From Chrysomallon squamiferum (Eukaryota > Animalia > Mollusca), in assembly GCA_012295275.1 (NCBI GenBank), contig CM022666.1:11780001-11844000 (forward strand): 64,000 nt of DNA, written 5' to 3'. The notes below the pieces were generated by a model. That model was not told where the DNA came from. It worked only from the letters and a program-made list of their open reading frames with translations, and did no database searches. The position numbers were made by a program, and so were the translations under genes. This document shows, one piece after another, positions 27,159-38,066 of this stretch. Each line of letters opens with the position of its first letter. Position 1 is the first letter of the stretch.

Positions 27159-29404
27159 ATGGAAAATTCTGAAAATGCAAAGGAAGGTATGCGTAAGTCT
27201 AGACTGTGTTGTAGATTTGACTTGTTACCTTGTGTGCCCTTGGAGTTGAATGAGCCTGTTCAAGAAAGGGAACATGGAAAAGAAGGAGTAAAATCCACAC
27301 AGTATCAATATACAGCGACAGATTCGGAACATACAGATATTTTATCACCATATAAAGAGGAACCAAAGAATTTAGTCAAATCTGTCAATCTTGAAGAACG
27401 GTTAGATTTGTGTGATGTCAGTGATTTTAATAGTAACTGTTCTGATCTTGCAGTCAGACGGGATAATTCAAATGACCCTTTTGTTTTTACAAAGTCCTGT
27501 TACTGTAGTTTGAAAAAACCTTCATTTGAAACAAACCAAAATCAGAATTTAGGATGGACTGGTATGGACTCTAAATTTCCAAATATTTGGTCAAGGAGTT
27601 TTAGAGCTGATATAGATGTTTGTGATGATCATTTAAATAGTTCAGGTAAAGTACCTGAATGTAGTGGACCTGAAGTCAAAATGGAATGTTCAAACATGGT
27701 TGATGAAATGCATACCAGTGGAACAGAATCTGTAACCAGTTTAAATAAAGAATGCACTGATAAATACATCAGTGAATGTAACTCTCACAAAGAAAATATG
27801 ACAAAAACAACACTTGAAAACTTGGAACATGTCACTACACCTGAGTTTTCAGTGGCTAATCCCAGTTCAGAAGAGTCAGAAATGGATACCAGTGGAACAG
27901 AATCTGTAACCAGTTTAAATAAAGAATGCACTGATAAATACATCAGTGAATATAACTCTCACAAAGAAAATATGACAAAAACTACATTTGAAAACTTGGA
28001 ACATGTCATTACACCTGAGTTTTCAGTGGCTAATCCGAGTCCAGAAGAGTCAGATTTTAAGTTTAAATTTAAAAGCTATGAAATGCCAAACCAGTTAGTA
28101 CAAGCAGAAATTATCAATAGTGCTCAAAATGATGAATTTGGAAACGACATAAAACAAGAAATTTCAATCTCTGAAGAAGTGGCCAGTAACCCAGATGCAG
28201 AAATATGTTATTTAACTCAACACATGTCATTGGTAGAAAAACACGAGTCTGTGGTGGATACAACAGTGGCTGTTCAACAGCAGCCCATTCCAGATTTGGA
28301 AGACAGACAACTAACTCTGTATGATGCTGGTGAGTGGAGAGAAACAGATTTAAATTTAGTAACACTAGGATGTTTCTTACAAGTAGATAAATTGTTTTGT
28401 AATGTTACATGCTTACAAGATATGGCCAGTAATTTCATTATCAGTACACTACAGCCAACGTGAGAAGTATTTATGCAATATAAACCAAAAACACCCATCC
28501 AAGCAAAACAAGCTTGTTTGTTAGTAGCAGTAGTAGTAATGGTAATAGTAAGTGTATATTTAAGTTTTTGTCTGAGTTTAAATTATTTCACTGCTGAAAA
28601 CTGGTATGACCAGGGTTATATTAATTCCATGAAGTGTTCTTTGAAAAGTAAGAACTGTATTACTCAATAGTTGCTTCATTTTTGTTTAAACTTTAGCTTC
28701 AAATGTATTCTTAGAATGCATCTAAAAGGGCATAATTACTGCCAGTGATATCACTTTTACCTTTTTGCTGTCGTTTTAATTTTGTATTATGAAAGAATTA
28801 TAATAACTGAAAATAGAGCAATACATTTATACTTTAATTTAAACTGCTTTATATTCTGTTTAAGGTTCAACAAACACTATGGTGAAGATGACAACACTGA
28901 CTAATATGACTGGTTATATACCAGCCAAAGAAAATGCTCGCAACATAATAGGTATTTATTTCTTCTATTTTGTTACTTTATTATTTTTTTTTTCTTCTTC
29001 TTCTTCAGTTGTTTTCCATGATTAAGATAAGATTTTTTTGATTTGGAATAGAAATTGTCAGCTGTGCACATCCAAACCATTTGATAGAGAGCGGACTTGG
29101 CAGGAAAAGGTATCAGGGGTAATGCCTCTGAACCCTACATGTGTGTTGAGCACAATGTGTTGGCTGCTGATTTTGTAAATAAATTTCTTTTAAAAATCTA
29201 TCACAGTGAATGGATGCAGTCCACCTTCCTTAATTGTGGCTTACAATTAGTTATATAAAGCTGAATGTTTCTCACTAAACTGGAGATAGGAAAATGCACA
29301 AAAAATAAATTATGATTTTAAGGGATAAAGCATTCATTACTGTCTAAGGGTTACTGAGTTTTTCTTACATGTACAGTATTGGTGACAGATAATGACCCAC
29401 ATAC

Positions 29405-29487
<83 letters not shown>

Positions 29488-32465
29488 GTAAGACAGTGCT
29501 GTGCAGTAAAACACTCAAGTAAAAAATATGTACATGTTTGTAGCTGGATAAAATTTCCAAAATTACAAGATGATCAGGAAAATATTTTATCTGTGTGAAC
29601 AAAGATACTGTTGAGGAAACTTTCAGTAGAAATTTTTGTTTTGTTTTGTTTTATTTATTAAACCATGATGCATCAATCACTGTGGTAGCATTAATGTTTA
29701 ATTACAGAATAATGGGCTTCGGATTCTGATGAATCACTTTAAATGTTGTTATAAACTCTGGAAATTTTGGTTTCTAGAGATAGTCTTTATAACCTTGAAT
29801 TTGAACACTTTCTGAAATGATTTACTTTTTTCTGAGAGCACTAAAAGAAATCCACATAGAAAATTGACCTCTGTAACTGCAGCTCCAGATGAGCAAAATG
29901 GCAGTTTTGAAATCATGAGATGTATTTAAACCATTATTTTAGTGTTTCACAGACTCTCTTTAACATTATGTGTAATGTACATTGTTTATAGGTAAATAAA
30001 TTGAGATCTTCTGTAAGCAATGCAGTATCAATAAATAAAGAATTTGAATTACTTAACTTGTATTACCATTGTGTTTTTTTGTTCTTAATTCCAATTTTAA
30101 TTGTTTTTTTCAGCCCTGTCAGAGATGGAAATAAAATTTGAAAAACATCTTTTCGTAAAGACTTCAAGCTACAAGGTGGCAGAAAGTGTATTTAAAGATG
30201 AAGGAGTTGTGTTTCTTGTTGGGCCTCCAGGATGTGGAAAAACCATGATGGCTCGAAAGCTTGCTAGATCTGTGATAAAATCTGATACAGCCTGGCAACC
30301 TCTAGTTTTAAAGAGTCCCAAAGAATGGCGACACTATGTGAAACCAGATGAAAATCAAGTAATTGTTTTGGAAAATTTATTTGGTTTTAGTTATTTTGAC
30401 CTAGACAGATTTTATAAGTGGAAAGAACTGAATATGGAAACTGTTTTCACTTCAGAAAAGAAAAGGTTAATTTTCACCATGCGGCTACAAATTATTCAGG
30501 AAGGGACACCTCATTTGAAAGCTTTTCCTTTGTTTAAATTTACACGTCTTATTAATATTGTACAGGAACTAAAGGAGGGTAAATTAAATTCAAACGAAAA
30601 ATGCAACATGTTATCAAAACATGTAAAATTCTGTAAACTAGAATCTAAAATTTCGGAAGATACTGTTAAATCCATTGCTTCCAGAGATACAGTGTCCAAC
30701 TTTCCTAGTTGTTGTCAGTATTTTTGTTCAATGCATTGCCTTCACACTGAAGAAATTGCTGTGCGTTTTTTCACCAATCCAGTTGTGTATTTTGTGAAAG
30801 AAATAGATGAATTGTATAACGAAAAGAATAAAGCAAAATTTGGAGCATTGCTAGTCACTATGTTAATGAAAGGGAAACTAAACATACAACATCTTGATGA
30901 AAGAAAGAAGTCAAATGACCATGATCTTATTAATTTTCACTTGACAGTTATTTCTAATACTGTGACATTAGCTGAAATAAAGAGGTCTGCTGATCAGTTC
31001 TGTGGGACCTATCTATTGAAGAAAGAAAATTACTACACATTTATACACCCATCTATTAACAGTGCTGTCTGTCTTGTATATGGTAAATATTATCCTGAGC
31101 ATTTGCTTCAAGTATGCTCACTGTCCTTTCTTCTTGAACATGTGACTGTTTCAGATATCTTCAACCAGTCAAAGCTGCTGGTGAAGCCACCATTCTGTAA
31201 TCTTTTACAAAGATTTACAAAGGAAATAACAGAATGTCATTCTATTCATGTGTGTATGCATGAAGCTTTGTCAGATGGGAAGTTTGTTTCACACTTTAAA
31301 GAATACTGTCAAAATAATAATCTTGACATACTTACAACTGAAACTACTAGCAACTTGCCTTTGTTGTATTGGGCTGCATGGTCTAAACAGTGTTATTTCT
31401 TTAAAATGATAATAAAACAACACAAAAAATTGAAAGCAAAATTAGATAAGACCATATTACATAAGATAGCAAATGCCTGTTGCATTTCTGGTAATAAAGA
31501 TGCCTTAAAGTGTATTGACAAATGTTTCAAAATGAACTTCCTGGACATACCATCATTATCTGTTCCAGTACCTGTCATTTCCAGACAGTTAGCTGATGAT
31601 GCAGACTTACAAAGCGATAATGCTGTGCATGCTGGAAAGCTTATACATGTTGCCTGTCTGCAAGGCAAAAAACATTGTTGAATTTCTGCTGAACAAAGCT
31701 TGTTGCTCCCCAGAGTACATAAATTCTTTGGATGAATTTGGTAGAAACCCTTGTCACATTGCTGCTAGATGTTGTGGTGCTGATAAATGTGAACATTTGG
31801 ATATATTTTTGATGTTAGTACACTACAAGTGTAAGCTCTCTGTCAGAAGCAAATGTAATAATTTGCCAATTCATGAAGCTTGTTCTGCTGGGCAGAATGA
31901 TATTGTTAATATTATTCTGAAAAAACATCCTGGTCATTTAATTGAAAAAGGGGCAGAAGATAAAACACCTCTTGAAATTTCAATAATCGGTAAACATGTT
32001 ACACTGGTAAAGCATCTATTAAATCAGCAAACTGAAGATACTGAGAATAATTTCACTAAAGTGCAGTGGTACAGAGACTTAATTCTGTTGGCTTGTGAAA
32101 AACAAAGCAATTCTGATGTACTGAGCATTTTGTTAGAAAAGATGAAGCAAATATCTAGTGATTTAATGGTGTCATCTAAATTAAAAACACCTCTGCATGT
32201 AATTTGTGAAATGTCAGGTGATGTAGATATGGCTGAACTTCTGATTGGTTATGGAGTGGATGTAAACAGGACTGATGTAAGACACCAGACTGCACTACAC
32301 TTAGCCTGTAAGAACCCCAGGAGTAGTCTTCATCTGATTGAAGTTTTAATTAAACACAATGTTAATATGTTTATTCGAGATGTCAGTAATCAACTTGCTA
32401 TAGAATATGTTACCTGCAATACAGATATAGAAAATTACCTGAAAGATGCAATGGAGCATTCATAA
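27159..32465 (+). CDS. NLR-like STAND NTPase (nSTAND3-like) with C-terminal ankyrin repeats and a disordered N-terminus; frameshift at about 31670
   Basis: Exons 27159-28329 (G|GTGAGT), 28865-28951 (AG|GTATTT) and 30114-32465 join through two phase-1 introns. Walker A VFLVGPPGCGKT; Walker B region VIVLENLFG; sensor-like LIFTMR; winged-helix-like YTFIHPSI. About 8-9 ankyrin repeats, e.g. LPIHEACSAGQNDIVNIIL, KTPLHVICEMSGDVDMAELLIGYGVDVN, QTALHLACKN. About 1200 aa if the frameshift is repaired. Confidence 0.8.
27705..28052 (+). repeat. 174-nt (58-aa) in-frame tandem duplication
   Basis: EMHTSGTESVTSLNKECTDKYISECNSHKENMTKTTLENLEHVTTPEFSVANPSSEES is followed by a near-identical copy starting at 27879. 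Confidence 0.95.
29408..29484. repeat. (TC)n microsatellite
   Basis: Visible directly in the sequence. Confidence 0.95.
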
Positions 32466-32914
32466 AGTTATTTCATAAATTATTTATCTGCAGCCAAATC
32501 ATTTATTCAGCTATGTTTAATATGCATTTAATATAAAATATATTTTAATATATTGACTTTGACAGAAACTGTTCTAATAACTGAAATTGACTGATTCCAT
32601 CTAATTAAAAAGTGAAAGATGTTTTTTTAATATTGAAGCACTACTATTATCAGCATTGATATAACCTAATTATTGAAATTTTTTTTTTTTTTAAAGCTGT
32701 GGTCTTTTTGTCAAATTAGAAGCAGTTTTCTGAAACACACTGGTAACACCACTTTCAGTTCTCATATGCTGTGTGCAATAATAGCTTATTTTTCATTCAC
32801 ACAATTATACTAATCAAAAGATAATAATTTTTAGACTTTAATATGTATTTTTTAACTGTTAATATATGTAATATTTTGAATGCTTAATAATACATTTATA
32901 ACAATATTCAATCA

Positions 32915-33643
32915 GGAAACCAGGAAATAGCAAGAGCTGGAGAAAATGAATTGGTTGTTTTGTTCAGTGATCAATCAGAGTAACAATCAACACTTTAAGG
33001 TTGATAAAGTTCTGTCAGAACTTTGGTTCCATTGCATCTTTTACTCAGCCTGTAATATCTGCAGCATTATATTACCAGTCTTAGGATATAATACCAAGTT
33101 CAAGCACAGAAAGGAAGACATTTGACAGTGACAGACTGAGATTGGAAAATGGCCAGTAATGTCAGATAAAGATGTAGAACTTTTGGAAGTCATTAGATGC
33201 AGTTGCCAATTGCTTTGCACATCAGTGAAATGTGCATTCCAAACACCAGGCCTGGACTGTTCTGTGTGTGCAAACCAGTTCATGGATGATAAAAGTTCAA
33301 ATGATGATAGTGTGCTTACTGGCAACATTTGACTTCTTAGGTAGAAAAATTACTTGTTTTTCGGAAATTTGGCAATGAAAACTGTTTTATGAATCTGAAA
33401 ATAAATATTTGTAATCAGTTCACCATCCTCGAATACCATGAAATATTACTTCTTTGGACTAAAACCTAACATTAGTGAATATTATATATTTTACTGATTC
33501 CAGGTTGACATTTTGAATTTATGCAAATTATGCATATTTTCCCAAAACAGATATTTTTGGATTTTTGGATATGTTATTCTAATAGCATTTTGGAGTGGAA
33601 TACAACAGAATGTTATTTTTTTAATTGCAATTCTTGGTGACTA
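32915..33643 (+). mobile_element. Degraded 3' end of an Academ-like DNA transposon (post-XPG region, Cys-rich finger, terminal repeat)
   Basis: Broken frames read EIARAGENELVVLF, YQVQAQKG, DWKM and ELLEVIRCSCQLLCTSVKCAFQTPGLDCSVC, resembling the Cys8 finger C-terminus of Academ proteins as recalled. Downstream is cattttgaatttatgcaaatta, and a possible end ...ggtgaCTA at 33643 fits TAG..CTA termini. Confidence 0.6.
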
Positions 33644-35240
33644 GTGTTAACTAGCTTAGATTAGTCTGTCAGGAATTGAGCAAGAAATCTACAGTCAAGA
33701 AGTTGAAATATACAGTAGGTTTTGCTCAACATATGTTATGAATAGAATATATTATGAAATGCAAACTTTTAATCTTTATATCTGTGTTCTTTTGAAATCT
33801 GTTGTTTTTTATTTTTACTTGTATGACATTCAGAATTGTGAGAAAGATATTGACTTATTATATTGTATCAGGTTAACATGTTTATTAAATAAAAAGTGAG
33901 CTTTTTTTAAATACACCGATACATGCTTTTGTTCATATTAGTGTAGCAAAGAAAAAACAAAAATACAAAGGCAGAAACTAATTTTTGTTAAAATATTTTA
34001 TATTTTTATCTCAGATGTTTTGTCCAGTGGTATGTACAAATAATCTAAATACATTTTATATTGACCACATTGTTTATTTTTTTCTGGGGATCTCTATTAA
34101 ATTGTAATGTTCCAGTAAAAGTTCTCATCAAGACACACAAACTGATTATTAGATAAAGTACACTACCTGGAAATGTTAACACTATACCTGTGAAAAACTC
34201 AACAAACAACGCAGGTCACTGATTATATATAAATTAATTATAACATTATAAATATTATACTGATATTTTAGATATGTGTAAATAATAAGTTGGAATTGTG
34301 TATGTTTGTGTACATACTTCACACAAATTGATTGGTTCATAACAACCTCTGGTTATAGAAAATACAACAATAAATGAACTGAAAGATTATTTTGGTAGTC
34401 ATTTTTCTTTTTTCTCATGACCTTTCATATTTGTAAAATTGAAGAAAAAAAAAAAAAATAATAATAATAATAAATAAATAAATAAATAAAGCAAATAGAG
34501 TAACAGCAACTCCCACAAAACCACTTCACAGCCTGAGTAAAACATTGCAGAGTTGTCTGTAAGTGCTGCAGTTTACTTTGTGAGTTTAAAATGGACAACA
34601 GAAAAGAAATATTATAGAAAAAAAAAAAAAAGTAAAAATTAAAATTAATTAATTAAAAAATAAAAATAAAAAACAACATTGTGATGTATACTGTTCACAC
34701 AGCAAAGTGTTGGTAATCATACAGCCAAGAATATATAAAAATATAAAGTGTTTCTTGAACAGAATATTTTATTTTTGTAAGCTACATAAAAAACATTGAC
34801 ACAGTCAGAATGAAAATGCCAGTTTCCATGCAACTCATTATCTTATTTTATTGTTAATACTTTATTCTGAGCATAAAGTGAGATATTTAACAAACAAAAA
34901 CAAAAAAGTTACAAATGTATCCAAAATAAATCACTGTAGATGTTTAAAAATTGTACACTAACAGTAAAATAAACATTTAAGATTCAACGATATAAAAATG
35001 TGTAAATACAAACTGGATAAATTAAAAAGATCACAAATATATAAAAATATGATGGATTTCATAAACAGTTTATAAGGCAACTGGTTAGTTAATGTATATG
35101 TGGTGTAAATGGTTTTACACTGGTAGTAGTAATTCCATGTTGAAAATATTTATACATTTTTTTGTTGTTGCTGAAAATCAAAAATAGCATTTAACTGGTC
35201 TTGAACATTCTTAGAGCATTAAATAGATCAGTGGATGATG

Positions 35241-35565
35241 GAAAACCTCAGAGGTTGAATTTCATGTATCCAGATATAACCCTGACTTTGTGACATCAGT
35301 TTCTTAAAATACATTTAAACAGAAAACCTCATAGGTTGAATTTCATGAATCCAGATATAACCTGACTTTGTGACATCAGTTTCTTAAAATACATTTAAAC
35401 AGAAAACCTCATAGGTTGAATTTCATAATCCAGATATAACCTGACTTTGTGACATCAGTTTCTTAAAATACATTTAAACAGAAAACCTCATAGGTTGAAT
35501 TTCACGTATCCAGATATAACAGACCTGACTTTGTGACATCAGTTACTTAAAATACATTTAAACAG
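35241..35565. repeat. About 80-bp tandem repeat, 4 copies
   Basis: Unit gaaaacctcataggttgaatttcatgaatccagatataacctgactttgtgacatcagtttcttaaaatacatttaaaca, starting at 35241, 35322, 35402 and 35481. Confidence 0.95.
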
Positions 35566-35724
35566 GAAATGGGTTTCTCTGGATAGTGTAATGTATGGAT
35601 TGTGACTTTGATTCTAAACTAGAAGTAGAATTTTTAAAAATTAATGAAAAAGGGATCTCTAATTATCTACACAGCTCTGTTTGTCCACAGAAAGCAACAA
35701 GGGATATTTTTATAGTGTTTTATC

Positions 35725-36030
35725 TGTGATTATTTATTTGTCTGGTAATATATGATTATTTACTTTAATTGTCTGGTAATACATGATTATTTACTTTAGT
35801 TATCTGGTAATATATGACTGTTTACTTTAATTGTCTGGTAATACATGATTATTTACTTTAGTAGTCTGGTAATATATGACTACTTTAATTGTCTGGTAAT
35901 ATATGACTTTAATTGGCAATATATGATTATTTTCTTGAGTTGTCTGGTAATATATTTAATTGTCTGGTAATATATGATTATTTACTTCAGTTATCTGGTC
36001 ATTTATTTTAGTTATCTGTTAATACATGTG
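35725..36030. repeat. Degenerate minisatellite, about 31-bp unit
   Basis: Repeated ttgtctggtaatatatgattatttactttaa. Confidence 0.85.
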
Positions 36031-38066
36031 ATACCTTTTATTTTTATTTTGGTAAGGTTTATGTAGATGGCAATATAAGAGGTAATATGATGTATATTTC
36101 TTGATGTATATTTATATGTTTTAATTTGATAAATAAATGGTCAAATGTCTATATAGAAATCAGTTTGGCATACATCTTTGATAATATTATATTTATGGTT
36201 ACCTGGCAATATCTGTGATAATACTGTTTATGATAGTTTATGATAGATAAGAGAATTATCTCAGTGCTGGTTAATGGAAGAGTTGTTGTTGCATAATATT
36301 CAGTTATGTCAACATGAGATCTTAAAAACCAGTCACTGCCCTTATTTCATTAGCCTGTAGACACAATAGCCAATTCTGAATATTTTCTTTAATTCACAAA
36401 TATTCATTATTGTTATCTAATCTTGTTCTAATAATATTTCTGATTATAAATATATATTTCTGTTTTTCTGAAAAAGCTCTAAATATTAGTTAAAATGCTA
36501 TCAGAATTGGGTATGGCAAAAAATTGTTCTAGTATTTAACTAGTTCAAAGCAGAACAGTTTATTGACTAATACTGGCTATATGTGTCAGAAAATAAAAAT
36601 GAAAAAATTGTGCGGTGATTAACAAGCAGAATAACAAAAAAATATGACAAATTTCTATCAGTAAACAACACAGCAATATGCAAGAAAACTCAATAAATAA
36701 ATCTTCAAGTTTTAACAAATCAGCAAACAAATTATTTATAGGCCATAACATGAATGACTCATTTACATTATTATTCCGTTAATTTTATTCTTATCCCAAC
36801 TCCTCTTGGAGATGTTATAAAACAAAGATCTCAGCCTAAAATCTGTAGAGACCATGTAAGATTCAAAATATTATAATATATAAAATTACATTTTTTAAAA
36901 ATAGGATAATATTTGCTAAGATACAAAATATGAATATTCTTGTTTATGATATATAAAATAACTGACACTGAAATAAAGAATACATAAAACAATAAAATGA
37001 TGCACAATAATAACAGTTTAAAAAGAAGAATATTTGTTCAAATTAAAGTTTTAAAACAGCTTGTAAACTGGATTTATCTTGACATTATATAGCAAACTAA
37101 TTAAACATTTAAAAGCAGTTATATTTAAAATGTATTTTATATGAACACTGGATATCAAATTATTTATGATAAAAAACATTTCAATAAAGACTATATTAAT
37201 TATTAATTATGCAATTAAAGTATTTATTTTAAAAACACAAAAATATCTAAAAACAATATATATTTTTGTTTAAAGTCTCATCTATTTTAGCAGAAAAAAA
37301 TGTTCAAACTTCAACTAAATTTACCAAATTATTTTTGGAAATTTTCTATTAATAATAATCAATGCATACATTTATCTATCATATTAATTCGGTGATTTAA
37401 TATAAAGACATATTTATCAAATGGAAACAATTGTTTTCACTTGAATGTTAATTTTATTCAATTAATATTTGAGATTTCTAAAAATCTGAAGTCTGTCTGA
37501 AATTTAAAGGGTATAATTAATAATAAAATTAAAACATCTTTTATTAGCAGCTTTGTCATCTTTGATATGTTTATAAAGATCGGTCTGATGAATCTCCAAG
37601 TATTAAGGACTGGTTATGTTTGGAATATTTGTTATTTAATTTCATTGCTATTGCAATATGATTTGTATTAATGATTATTTAATAAACATATTCAAAATTA
37701 AAGCACTATAATGCTATCATTCAGTGAAAATACACATGATAAAAGTTGTAAAGATGCACATCAGTTGTTTACTGATTGCTATTCACCTACAGTACTTTAC
37801 ATATCTTAAATAATGTCAGAAATTATAAAGATAACAGACTAACAGAAGAAACAAGAACATGAGTATGTTTCTCAGATTACTGTAAAGTATTAGAATACCA
37901 GATGCTAATGACACATTTTGTAAACAGATTACTTGTGATGAGTAAAACTGAGTATTGTAACCTTATTACATCTCTGCCTTTAAAAGAAGATAAAGTATTA
38001 AATTACCTTGGAGATAACAGTAAAACGTTTCTGTCACTAGTTGTAAATGGTGAAACTAGATTATGA

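Noticed and set aside
31661-31700. Programmed ribosomal frameshift in the STAND gene
   Set aside because: The required shift is +1/-2, not -1, and no stimulatory structure is evident; a homopolymer indel is simpler.
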